DNA from: Nageia nagi
Lineage: Eukaryota > Plantae > Pinophyta
NCBI GenBank assembly: GCA_050084985.1
Contig: JBITNC010000001.1
Span: 196,230,001 to 196,294,000 of the forward strand
DNA length: 64,000 nt
Direction: 5' to 3'
Below the pieces are notes generated by a model. The model worked only from the letters and a program-made list of their open reading frames with translations. It was not told where the DNA came from and did not search any database. Both the position numbers and the translations under genes were made by a program. Of the stretch, positions 1 to 12,777 are shown piece after piece (positions within the stretch are counted from its first letter, which is position 1; each line of letters opens with the position of its first letter).

Positions 1-14
1 TCAAGTTTACTTAC

Positions 15-446
15 CTTGTCATAACTAGATGACAATGTAACGATGAGCTTCGCTCCGGAATCGGAAACCTGCTTCTCGATTTCGGAAGCATGAGCAGAAG
101 GATTGGCTCCAGAAAACACTGCTCCAGCCCACATTATTCCCAAGGCAATGATGGGATACTCTATCATGTTTGGAAGCAGGACGAGAACCACATCACCTTT
201 TTTGGTGCCCAGAGTCCGAACCAAAGATATTGCAAATTTCTTGGTGAGGGAGACAACTTCAGCATAGGTATATTTTTTACCATTTGAGGCCTCCACTACA
301 GCAACTTTATCTGCGTATCGATCATCAGTATTTGCATTCCCAAGAACGAATTGGGGAAGACTCATATTCTGTGGAACTGCAACTGGTGGAAATTGGCTGC
401 GGAATATAATCTCCTCCTCATCTTGTACAAGATTTTGGTCTCCCAT
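15..446 (-). CDS. ACOS5: Exon 1 of acyl-CoA synthetase 5 / 4-coumarate-CoA ligase-like protein (sporopollenin pathway); gene continues off the left edge
   Basis: Open 144-codon frame MGDQNLVQDEEEIIFRSQFPPVAVPQNMSLPQFVL...KVAVVEASNGKKYTYAEV...KGDVVLVLLPNMIEYPIIALGIMWAGAVFSGANPSAHASEIEKQVSDSGAKLIVT...YDK ending at an AAG|GTAAGT donor (GT at 14-13). Closely resembles the N-terminus of Arabidopsis ACOS5 (IFRS..P.V..P....LP.FVL; IIALGIM.AG.VFSGANP). An alternative in-frame ATG lies at 476. Confidence 0.88.
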
Positions 447-520
447 GTTTGAATACGAATGAATGGCCTCCACCATGCAGTAGAGAAACGATAATTGCAG
501 AGGCTTCCACGCATGCTGTG

Positions 521-742
521 ATTATATATGTATGAATGTTGGCCTACTTGAGTTAATCTGACTCGGAGGGCACAATGTTGGCATGAGACATTCATGCCTG
601 AAATATGTATTACAAAAAAAAAGGGGGGAGAAGAGGGAATTGTGGAGAAGAGGTTTTTACAGGGAGAAAGGAGGAAGAAATCTGTGAGAAATTGCCAAAA
701 AACAGAAACAAAGGTAGACGGTGTGAACTGGATTGGTTGGTT
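521..742 (-). promoter_or_regulatory. Putative ACOS5 promoter: TATA-like TATATAAT (~528-521) and tandem MYB-type AACCAACC motif (742-735)
   Basis: Motifs read directly, about 75 and 290 bp upstream of the ATG at 446; function is inferred. Confidence 0.4.
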
Positions 743-1260
743 CATGCCAAAGACATTCTGCATGCCTATTATGCTGGACAAGAATGAATGACGACACACC
801 CTCCATTTATTTTTAGTAGGTACTCTTTAGGAAAAGAAATGAATCTTTGCATATTATTTGACATTCATTTATTACATGTCAGATTTTGTTTATCATATAT
901 TTAATAGGAGAAATAGTAGGTCTAGACATCTAAAATAGTGTTTTCTATATACTTTTGTTGTTTAATTTAGTTAATATGATTTCTATATAATTGTATTATT
1001 TTTTATAATTTAAGGTAAAATATTTTAATTCATAGAATAATTTTCTAAACTCTTTCATAACAGGTTATCAAAAGTATTTTTATTTGAATATTAAATATAT
1101 CGAATAATGATCAAAAAATTATTTAATTAAAATAGTTTTTACTTTTTTTCATCATCTTGTTAATTTATTAATAATTTTAATGCATATCTTTAGTTTTTCT
1201 TTTTAAAAAAATTTGATATACATATAATATTCAGTTATCGTTTTATATTTAGTGAAGTTT

Positions 1261-4120
1261 TGTGAATATAGATGAATGTAAAAGTAATAAAAATTTAACA
1301 CGAAGCTTAAAAATGATGAAATAGAAGATCAAAACAAAATACGAATTACAAAAAATGTTATGTGGTGCATTAAAGACTAGGCAAAATATACTAAAATACT
1401 ATTTTTTAGAGGTGAAAATGAAGTACTTGACATAAAATAAATAGGGCATGCGATATACACATGGAAAGTGCTTGGTAAGTCCTTTCCAACGGTGTATCAT
1501 GGTCAACAAATGGAGCAGCACAAACAAAAAAGATATTAAGCTCCAAAGTATGTTGTTCATACTATTTTTTAAATTTTGACTACATAATGCTAGAAAACTA
1601 GCAGACTAGGAAAAATGGATTTTTCAACTTGAATTCATGTTACACACTCTAATTACTTATTATAATACAATACAATAGATATTAATCTATCTAAGACTAA
1701 TAGACTAAATAATATAAGTTGTTACATGAATAGTAATAGTCTACAACAGGTACAAGTTGAAATATTCCTATAGTTACAAAATTAAATATTCTATAGTTAC
1801 AAAATGAGGAACAAATTCATTTTGCTAACTTGGAAATGCCACATGGTTAGCATCATATTCCAACATGCTTTCCCATGATGCTTAGAGGGATCACAAGTGA
1901 GTTTCTTAGCTTCACAAATTGAGCTTTAGCCACACCTTTAGTAAATATATCAGCTAGTTGATCATGTGTGTTGCAATATCTTAATTCAACCTATTTATTT
2001 TTCATCATATCACAGATGAAGTGATATTTCATATCAAAATGCTTATACTTTATATGGTGGACAAGATTTTTTACCAAATGAATGGCATTCATGTTGTCAT
2101 AAAAATGATGGTGGGACCACTTTGTTTCTCACCTATCTTCTCTAACACTTTCTTGAGCCATAAAGCCTTAGTAGAAGTTGTTGTAACTATAATGTATTCA
2201 ACCTTAGTAGAAGAATGAGCTATTAATCCTTATTTTCTTGAACTCCAAGTGATCAGTTCATATCTAAGAGAAAAATAATTTCTAAATGTGGACTTATGGT
2301 CATCCAAATTGTTAACCCAATATGAATCACTAAAGCCAACTAGTGTCATCTCTTCACTAGGAAAATAATGTATGCCAAATTCAACACTACCTTTAACATA
2401 CCACAAAATTCTTTTAGTAGCCTTTAAATGTAAATATGACTCATTCATATGTCTAGACATAAATGAGACAACATGTGCAACATCTGGTCTAGTATTTGTG
2501 AGAAACATCAATCTCCCAATAATGCTCTCATAATTCTTCACATTCACCTTTTTCAGCCCCATCATCTTTACATAACAACTCACCATGTGCAATGGGAGTA
2601 GGGACTAGTTTACAGTTGTCCACATCATAATTCTTCATCATATCCTTTACATATTAGGTTTGATAAAATGAAGATTTTTCCCTTTTCTATGGTGCACCTC
2701 CATTCAAAGAAAGTAGTACATCAATAATAAATCCTTCATATCAAACTAACTCATCATGGTAACCTTAAAAATTGCATTCAAATTAGAACTACTACCCATA
2801 TAAATCAAGTCATAAATATACAAATAAATAAGCAAAATATCATCACCTTATTTCTTGAAGTACACAATGGGTTAACTTTTACTTCTCTTGAAGCCACTAC
2901 ATTGAAAATATCCATCAATTCTATTGTACCAAACCCTTGGGGATTCATTAAGGCCATACAAATACTTCTTCAAATTGTACACATGATTTTATTTACCTTT
3001 AACCTCAAAACCTTAGGTTGCTATACATATACTTTCTCATCCAAATAACCATTCAAAAAGCTATCGATACAAAAGTTTCTTCATAGTCAATTTACCTTTT
3101 TATGAATCCTCTAACTACAAGCCTAGCCTTATATCTCTTAATGCTACCATCACAATTATACTTGGTCTTATAAACCTACTTAGAATGCACACCTTTCTTT
3201 TGCTTTACATAATATTTACCAACACTTTCAAACTCTTTCATTCTTAAATTTTTAAACTCTTTTTTAAGAGTTTGCAACTTCACTTGCTTGGCTTGGTCAG
3301 TCCCTTAGTAACCATATTGCAAGGCCTTCCATGCACCAATAACTATTTTACAACCTTTTATTCTTGGAAAAATACTTTTATCTAAGGCTAATTGAACATG
3401 GTAGAGAGTCAAGTAATTATTTTATTTTTTCTTCCTTGTTATTCTATCTGCTACTACAAGAGTGCTCCAATCTATTAGTTATGTGTAACCATATTCTACA
3501 ATATTTCAAATACCTTTAACTATTAGTAAATTCTTCATCTTAATACTCCAGTATTCATAATCAGCTCCATCAAACTTACGGATTGACAATGAGTTAGTGT
3601 TGTTAGTCACTACACCCAACAAATAAAGATCCTCTAATAATCCTTATAATATAACTTAATAAATGATTAGTAAGATCACATGTGACTTTAACCCTCCAAT
3701 CGCATAAGTCTCTTATATAAAATATTATTTTGTAAACATAGATAGAAGAGAAAGCAATAAAAGCTTAATACAAAAAAACATTAAGGATACCTCAATGTAC
3801 TAAAAAATGATGAAATAAAGGACCAAGATTAATCAAAAATTCATAACAATTTTAGAATAGATTCTACACAATAATGGGTGTTCAAAAATCTTTACTTCAC
3901 AAAAAATACCAACTATATAAAATGTTATGAGGTGCACTAAGGATTGAGCAAAATAGATGGAAAAATGATTTTCAAAGGTGAAAATGAAGCTCTTAACATA
4001 AACAAAGTAGGGAATGAGATATATGGATGGAAATTTTTTGGTAGGACCTTCCCAATGGTGTATCATATTCAACGAGTAAAGAAATACAAAAAAGATATTA
4101 AGCTCCAAAATAGATTGTTT

Positions 4121-4189
<69 letters not shown>

Positions 4190-4468
4190 AGACTACATAA
4201 TGCTAGAAAGCACAACATGCTAAGAAAAAGGAATTCTTTACCTTGAATTCATGTTACACACTCTAATTACTTGTTATATTGTAATATAATAGATATATTA
4301 ATATATCTAATACTAACAAGCTGAAGAATTTAAGTTGTTACATGAAGAGTAACACTCTATAACAATTACAAGATGAAATATTTCTATAGTTACAAACTAA
4401 AATATACTACATTTACAAAATGAGGGAAACATTCATTTTGTTAACATGGTTAATATCATATTTCAACA
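1261..4468 (-). mobile_element. Degenerate, internally deleted Ty1/Copia LTR retrotransposon (LTRs ~1261-1865 and ~3731-4468)
   Basis: Diverged direct repeats starting TGT and ending CAACA. Minus-strand gag N-terminus (KFDGADYEYWSIKMKNLL, ~3580-3520) and RT/RNase H remnants (YESIIGRLMFLTNTRPDVAHVV...KRILWYVKGS...GFSDS.W, 2230-2592). Protease/integrase not seen; no clear TSD. Confidence 0.8.
4128..4187 (+). repeat. Poly(A)60 run inside the right-hand Copia LTR
   Basis: 60 consecutive A; absent at the homologous position of the left LTR (~1565-1580). Confidence 0.95.
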
Positions 4469-6049
4469 CATAGTTCATAGAAGTTGTATAAGCCTTGATT
4501 TTCATAATATTTTTTACAATTAGAGAATCTTAATTAAATTATTGGAAGTTTGTTATAGTACTTTTAGAATAGTCAGAATAGTCTTCATTATAATATTTTT
4601 ATATTTTTGCATTATCATCATATCAAATCAATATTTAATTAATATATTTTAATTCTTTTGATTTTTATTCCATAAATAAAGAACTTAAGATTTAACCACT
4701 TATAAAGAAAAATCTCTTGAAATACACTTGCTAACCTAGGTGGCTCTAACATATTCCTACTTGTTCAAAGGTGTATGTCAAATGATATTTATAAAGGAAT
4801 CAAGAAACAAAAATAAAAATTAAGTTAAAATAAATAATAATAAATAAATACCATGCTTATCACTTTTGATCTTTTATGATATATGCACTTACATTTTGTA
4901 TACCCTTGTCATTATTATAGTATATTGTATTAATTAACTAGATTAAATTATGTTACTTATGCAACTTTTACATAAGATATACTAATGAACTCATCATCCA
5001 TTTGACCTTTTTTTATATTTCTTTTTATAATTCAAGGCTTAACTATTATGATGAACATAAACTATTAAAATATTTTTTAATTTTTTAATAGTTAATCATT
5101 TGCTTTTTATTTATTACAAAAAGATATTAAAAAACATTAAAAAAAATATCTTCTGGTGTTGATGTTTCACTTATTCAAAACTTTTTTTATCTTAGTACAA
5201 AATCTTGATTAGAGAAATGAATTAATGAAAAAAAAACTATCTTTTTTATACAAAGTGATCTGTAAAACTCAAGAAGCCATGTTATTCATGATTTCATCAA
5301 ATATAGAATTTTTAATTTAGATTTCATTAACAAATTGCACCAATAAAGGATTGTTGGTGGTTAAAAAATTACAGAGATAGGCCATTGGTGGTCCTCTTTA
5401 TGTAGAGTTTATTTTTGAAATTAAGAGTGCAATTGTAGAATACTAAAAGAATTCTAAAACAATACTAAAAATGATAAGATTTCATAAAAAATAACATAGC
5501 CATATTTATATTGGTTCCTCCTAATGTGGAAGTACATCCAATTTAATCATCTCTTCTTCATAATGGGGATCAAATGATGATTACAAATTGTAAGAATATG
5601 GACATAACATTGTCAAAAAAAAATCTTTTTCAACTTGCAACCTCCTTGAATTCTTCTTAAATCAGATCTGAATCTTTAATTAACAAGAATAAAGCTTCAA
5701 TAATCCCATAGAACTATCAAAACACCTTCAACAAGCTTACAAATGGTGTGCCAATGGAATATCTAGAAGTTTCTAATCCTTCAACTTTTAAAAAATTAAC
5801 CAAACTATTTTAACTTTCCTCAAAACTACTACAACAAATAGACCATTAGTGGTCAAAATATGATAAGAAAAGGACCATTGGCAATCTTCTTCTTGCACTA
5901 CCTAGTCACCAAACTTCATGGGCATGTCTAATTTCTAGCATGAATACTGATGGTGATGATCTCCACTCCTAAAATAAAACTTCAAAAATGACCCTTTTTA
6001 TATAACACCTCCATAATGAGGAGACTTTTTATTTTCAAAAAATTAATTT

Positions 6050-6780
6050 AGAATAAGATGAGGAAAAAACTTTCCAACTTTGGTACTATCATACCATTTG
6101 GCTTTATTAGGGAATCTTCCCTTCAACCCAATAAACCAAATTTCTTATTTCCCCCTCCTTATATGAACCTTGTTTTGTAAAATTGATTATTCAACCAATG
6201 CATTCATAGTATGAGGAACTAAATCATCAATTGATAGTGAAACTTGATTACCTGCATATTCTTCTTTAATCAACATGAATGGATAAAAAAAATTCAAGTT
6301 ATCCACATTCATAAGTACTTAAATATTTATGTAAGTAGTTAAGTCCAACCTAAAAGTATTTTCACTCACTTGCTCCATAAGATGAAATGATCCATACCTG
6401 ATTGATTTAACTTCTTGTTTGGTCTTGCAACTTTTCTTTGCTGAGCAACAACCATACTTGGTGTTCAACTTAAAACTTATGATCAACTCTATGCTTGTCA
6501 TGTATAAACTTGTAATTTGATTGACTTGCTTGAATTTTATCTTGAAATTTCAAATTAACTTGCATAATCTTATCAATGAAAATTTTAGCTTATTTTTCTT
6601 ATTTCAAAATGAAAACTTATTTGCCACATTATTGCTAGAAAATGCAATCAAAAGGTGATGGAGGAAGATAATCAAAATATGTCTCAAATAGTGCTTTGTT
6701 CATAGAAGTATTGATGGTGTATATTAATGATTGTCAATCCAAGAAGGGAGCTTGTGAGGTGCTATGTAATGTATATGCAC
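6050..6780 (-). mobile_element. Decayed Ty3/Gypsy (chromovirus-type) integrase C-terminus remnant
   Basis: GPY/F-like motif IRYGSFHLMEQVSENTFRLDL followed by chromodomain-like EIWFIGLKGRFPNKAKWYD...FP, with stops. Confidence 0.6.
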
Positions 6781-9700
6781 AACAAGTTTTATCTTAATGA
6801 TGTTATCCTACTTGTTCTTTTCCCAAAGCTTGAGGTAGAGATTCATAATAGAACTTAGCCATTACATGATTATTACTATGAAAGAAAATATGCAAAACAA
6901 GAAGTATTCAGAGATAGTAAACTCACTTATAAGAAAATAAGGAATGTGGTAAGAAAATGCCCATAGGAAATAAGAACATGAAATGATAACAAGAAATAAT
7001 ACATGACATAATATAGTAGTTTACTCTTGCATAGAATAAGCACTACCATAGTAAGAAAATGTCAAACCTAACTACAATGCCTCTTAGGATGATTCCTTTC
7101 TAGTCTAGCAAGGGACCTCCATTGGACTTTCAAAAAATATCCTAATGGTGTTACCTTACAAAATAAAGATCAGAGAATTAGATATGCAAAAATACTAATT
7201 GTATTGCTATAACATAGTCATGCAATAGATAATTACAAAAATAGTAATTGTATTGCTAAAATATCCTAATGTTGTTACCTTATTATTATAGAATCTCCTT
7301 ATTTTCTATGCAAGAGTATGTATTTTCTTATTCATTTGTAGGTAGAATCACTTCACAAGGCAATCATACAAATCAAGGGTCCTAATTATCTAGATCATGG
7401 AGGTGTAAGAATATATTTTTCTTATAAATTTATACCATTTTCTTATTTTTCCAATAAAATAAATATATTGATGCTCCTCTTCATCCTCTCATTCTTCTAT
7501 TATTACTATTCATGATCTTATTTTTTCAAGCATTGATTTTGGCAAGTCCCTTTTTAATCAAAATTTCCTTAGTTGAATATAATTATAGATCAATATATGA
7601 CAATACTTCATTATGTGTTTTCTTATCATACATTTGATTTAATTAATTTATCTTCATTATCTTGCAAAGAAATCTTATAAGAATGTAATATTTCTCTTAA
7701 ACGTTTAGAGGTATAATAATATCTCTTTTGATTTTCTTTGTCCACTACCTTCTCCAAGAATTGTTATTCTCCAAATAATCAACTACATTTGGCCCTAACT
7801 ATTGATGTAAAAACATTTAATTATCAAATTATATTATTCTTTATGAAGGTATTTGGAATGAGTTATGTATCATTTTTAAAACTTGTTTTCTTTCCTTAAT
7901 TATCTACCTCACATATCCCTTGATCAGAAGATTACATCCTACTATATAATTCGATATAAAATATCCTTTATAAAATTTGATATTTAATATTAATGTCCAT
8001 AAATGACCAAAAAAGTATCAATGGGATTATAAAAGAGCATATATAAGAGAAACATAACAATTCCTAAAGTGAATCCAATGAGTGAAAATGAAGAGGAGAC
8101 AAAGAAAAGTCTCCATAATGACATATCCAACAAATTATTTTGTAATAATAGGAGTTGGTATGTGAAGGATCAAGAGGCTTCCCTAATATTCAAGGCTAAA
8201 AAGATGCCCATGATTTTGCAATAAGAAAGAGAACCCCTTTTGGGTTTTTTAGTGGTTGCATAATGTTGGGTAACCCTTCTAGTGTCATAAGGAACCCTGG
8301 TGCATTTTCAATTCTCAATCTCCTACAATTGGGAAAAGGATACAATAAATTTGGAACCAATTGTGCATCTAGATTTACAAGTGAATAAGCTTTATTTGAG
8401 GTGAAAGGCTTCCCAAATATAAAGCATGATGCATTTCTAATCTTCATATGGGGGGTTGTTGATCCTAAGCATACTATTTTTTTAATCTTATCCCATATAT
8501 TTGTTGTAGAAGATATTACTTAACAACCTATTTTCTTTAATCTTCATAGTTTGACACCAAGGGCTATGTCCATTTATAAGAGCTTCCTAAAACCTATCTC
8601 TCCTCTCTTACTAATACAAACTTTATTCCAACCCCCCAAGTGGAATTCTATTTTGTGATCACTACCCTTGCCTATGAATATCCTAAATAATTAAACACTT
8701 AGAACATCCATATCAAAATCTATAAATGAAAAAATACATTGAGATTGTAGGTACTTAAAATGCAACCTTCATTGACGTTGGTTGTTTGACATAGCTAATA
8801 AGCCCTTTCATTTAAAATTATGATATAATATTGATAATTTCAATAATAAAGCTCTAATTTCTTAATTAATGGTTGACTATCTTCGAGGGAAAGCTCATAT
8901 TCTAAATGTTTCTTACATGAGAAGAATATAACAACCCATTTAATAAAAGCATGTGGATGAATGCATAAGAGCTCATACTCTTGAAGAATTTTTATTCTTT
9001 ATTCTTATTATATTATCACTCTTTTCATCTTGTTAGTAAGCATAATGTGCATTTTTTATTCCCATCAAATATTTAACATACATAAATTGTTCACTTGTTG
9101 TCTTGTTCCTAAATCATACAAGTCACATCTAGGTATAACAACATTGCAAGAATTATTATAATATTTTTCAAGACAACCATAGCATTTTTCATGCAACTAC
9201 AGAAACCTTGAAACAATATTAGATGATTATCATGATGTTCATAATACATCTTTAGATTTCTACTTTCTTGTCATGTCAAATTAAGTTTTTATTATTAAAT
9301 TTTTTTTTATTTTGAATTTTTAAATTAAAAAAACTTAAAATATAATCATTCATCAAAATCGAACCAATTTAAAAATGACTCTCATATTTAATATTATAAG
9401 ATTGAAAAAATAAATTAATAAGAAATCAAATATCAAAGTTAAAACCATAACCTGAAAGATGGATTAATAAAGTAATTTCCATAATAAAATTCCAACATTA
9501 AATTTGTTCAGTGTAAACTAAAAATCTAAACACCCACTCTTAAAACGACTAAGAACAGAAAAAATCAAATAAAAGCAAATGCAATTCACAAGTAGTATCA
9601 CGGATTCACGAATATCATATTTGCCTTACCGTTACATCACTTCACATTTCGTTACCTTGACTAATATGTTAACTAATTTTTTATTACTATCGATTCATAA

Positions 9701-10101
9701 TATGTTTCAAAGAGAATTTGAAGTGCTAATTTTCCAGATTGAATAGAAAAACAAATTTAGGTGTTTGGAGACTTCTGTCTACAAAGCACTTGATTTATAC
9801 TTTTCAACCATACCAAATTTTAGGTGCTAATAAGGTCAGAATCTCAAAGAAACACCATACCAAAATTTATCATGAAAATTAGTACAAGTAATTTAAAACA
9901 ATTTGGATAAGTATTGTTTACAAGAATTTAATTAAAAGAGAACTAATGTTTGCAGTACTGCTTTATGTACGAGAGAAAATGAATGAACAGCAGCAGAGTA
10001 TGTAGCTGAGCTGAAACTTGATGACCATGTGTCACTTGGCAGTGAAGATTCACATAATAATGAGAAATTTAACGTCGGGGGTTTTGGTTTGTAACTAGGT
10101 C

Positions 10102-11972
10102 TCACCAGTAATCTCCACATGAACAGATTCCTTCTTTGAAATGATGGAAACGATTTGTATCCCTCACTATGATCTCCTGTCCTACAATCTTGGAGATAAA
10201 CTTAATCACACTGTGACAGTCACCACAGATGCGAAGGTTCTTCATCACTAGGATCGGTGTTGCTCTACTGTTTGTATTAATAAGAGCAACTGCAACGGCC
10301 AGCTTCTCACTATGACCGCATAACATGGTCTCTTTCTCCTCCTATTCCTCCACATTGGAAAGAACGTAGTTGGTCTGGGGAACATAGCCCATCTCTTTTA
10401 TCTGCAAAGACAATGTCTGAAGAATTGCATAAATTTGCTCGGATTGTGGAGGGGAGTGGTCTCCAGCAGTGAATGTGTAAATTGTACTGTTGATGTAAAC
10501 CCAGCTGCATCCTGGAGTTTTTTTCAATCCCCTCTCCTTCATCATTTTTCTCACTCGTGTTACATCATCCCATCTGCCAGCTGCAGCATACATATTTGAC
10601 AAGAGAATGTAATATCCGTTGTTCTCAGGATCCATTTCGAATACGTGCTCTACAGCTTCTTCTGCTAGCTCTATATGGCCATGAACTCTGCAAGCAGCCA
10701 ACAAAGCGCCCCATACATTAGAGCCAGCCTTTACTTCCTTTGGCATTTTCTGAATAAAGTGTTGTGCCTCGTCCAGACATCCAGCACGCCCAAGAAGATC
10801 GACCATGCAAGCATAGTGTTCTGCCCTTGGAATTATATGAAAATTCTCACTCATAGAGTTGAAAATTTGCCAACCCTGTTCCACCAGCCCACTGTGGCTG
10901 CATGCACACAGAACATGAATTAGAGTTATGTGATTTGACACGAAGCCCGCTTCCACCATTTCCTTGAAAACGTCCAGGGACTCCAATGACTGCATTCCAA
11001 GATACAACATTTTTTTCAGGCATTCTGTCAAATACTTTCCGCGCAATCTCCACATATCCACAATTTGCATACATGTCTATCGACGCATTCCACGTTAACA
11101 CATCAGGCACAACATCACTCTTAACTATGAGACAATGTATCTCCTTCCCGTTGCGCAGAGCTGCCATGTGACTACATGCTTGCAAGAGCACTGGTTATGC
11201 TAAAGCAATCGATTCCGAGTCCATGAATCTGGAACTGCATTGTCCGAAAAAGGTTCAAGGCTTCATTAGCACACCCATTCCGAGCATACCCCGCGATCAT
11301 GGAGCTCCACGGTATAAAGTTCCGGTGAGACATTTTATCAAACAGTTGGCGAGCAATGTGTAATTTTCGACTTTGTGCGTACATAGCCATGAGACTGTTT
11401 TCCACGGCTGAATCCGTCTTGATTCCACTCCTAATAATATGATTATGAATCTCTTTTCCTTGTGATAGAGCAAAGAGGGCAGCCAAAGCTTTAAGAACGC
11501 ACGCATATGTGAAATTGTCGGGGTGAATTCCCACTCCTGGCATTTGTGAGAAGTCTGTTACGGCTTCCATAAAGAACTGGTTCTGCACATATGCATTGAT
11601 GAGTGCGGTGCAAAGGAAGACATTTGGGTTAGGCATTTTGTCGAACACAAGGAGTGCATGGTCAGCACTGGAGCAGAACCCGTACATGGTTGTAACCTTG
11701 GTTCCCAAGAAAGCGTTCAGTTGGAATCCCCCGACTATCAACTGGGCATGGAGTTGTTTACCCTGAGGAAGTGCCCTTCTTCTGGTACATGTCCGCAACA
11801 TCCAAGCGTACGCATCTCTCTCCTCGGACTTGGTGTTGGATTTGGACAATAGAATGTCCAACGCCTCTCTGTCTGAAGTAATATAGTTGTATTTGTCGTG
11901 GTTGCTTTGTTTAATAGTGGATGGCGTTGGTATGGTAGTACAAGGCCAAGCCATATACATTGCCATCGGCAT
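10102..11972 (-). pseudogene. PLS-class PPR protein with E/E+ and DYW deaminase domain (organellar RNA-editing factor), disrupted
   Basis: PLS motifs (PDNFTYACVLKA; VSWNAVIG; HYACMVDLLGRAG), E domain (VWGALLAACRVHG...YILLSNMYAAAGRW...KKTPGCSW), DYW (HSEKLAVA...[10 protein letters not shown]...[16 protein letters not shown]). Lesions: +1 frameshift ~11188, deletion with frameshift ~10983, in-frame TAG at 10342-10344. Confidence 0.9.
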
Positions 11973-12184
11973 GGCTAGTGATTAGGAGGGAAAAGCAAGT
12001 AGCACTTCAACTCAAAGACTCGCAATCAAGTCAAGACGAAGATAACAGCTACGAGGAAATAGAGGGATTGAATCTCTGAGATTTTTGGCGTAGCCTCAAC
12101 TCAATTCAGTTTCCTGTGTAATGAGAAAGAACATGGAGGACTAACTCCTCCAATCCTCCATTTGGTATGTCCAAATATGTCCAT

Positions 12185-12338
12185 TGACTTTGGAGATACA
12201 AATAAATAATAATAGTTAATTTGTTATGCTTCTTTTTCAGGAAAGTTAAGGGGGGTGAGTCTGACTTTGGAGATACAAATAAATAATAATAGTTAATTTG
12301 TTATGCTTCTTTTTCAGGAAAGTTAAGGGGGGTGAGTC
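12185..12338. repeat. Perfect 77-bp tandem duplication upstream of the PPR-DYW gene
   Basis: 12185-12261 and 12262-12338 are identical (TGACTTTGGAGATAC...GGGGGGTGAGTC). Confidence 0.95.
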
Positions 12339-12777
12339 ATCCACAGCAGCATAGTCATCTATGGGCTGAACTTTGGCATATCTACATGATTTGAAGGGGG
12401 GAGTTTGGAACTTAGAATCTCCCTTTATCAACTTGAGAGTTTTATCTTCAAACTCCTCTCCAACTCCCCACATGTTTGAATTATAAGGTTTGTGAGATAA
12501 ATTAGATATTTAGAAAATTACAATTAGATTGTTCAATTTTATTTGGTTTCTACTCTTTTGGTATGTAATTCTAGATTTGTTTAAGAAAAGTATCATAAAA
12601 AAAAAATAGATCCTTCATAAATTATTGTAATATGGAGAAAGACAATATGTTGATGGAAAATATCTTTAATCTCAACCATGTATGATTAAGGTCATTTAAT
12701 TGGTAAGTAATAAGGAGTCATGAAAATCTATATGCAATATGCAAATAAATGGTGATGAATCTATTTATGATATACCT

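Noticed and set aside
90-799. ORF-track ORFs 90-287, 362-799, 594-791, 605-787
   Set aside because: Antisense or off-frame shadows of the ACOS5 exon and promoter; no recognisable protein motifs.
7300-8700. Possible endogenous pararetrovirus or Gypsy RT (ORF 8196-8447; DHKIEF motif near 8650)
   Set aside because: No convincing RT motif chain could be read; too decayed to call.
10342-11191. Explaining the PPR lesions by introns, readthrough or editing
   Set aside because: Motifs are contiguous or missing across the breaks, leaving no room for introns; three independent lesions make rescue implausible.
12390-12465. MITE-like imperfect inverted repeat
   Set aside because: Short, many mismatches, no TSD identified.
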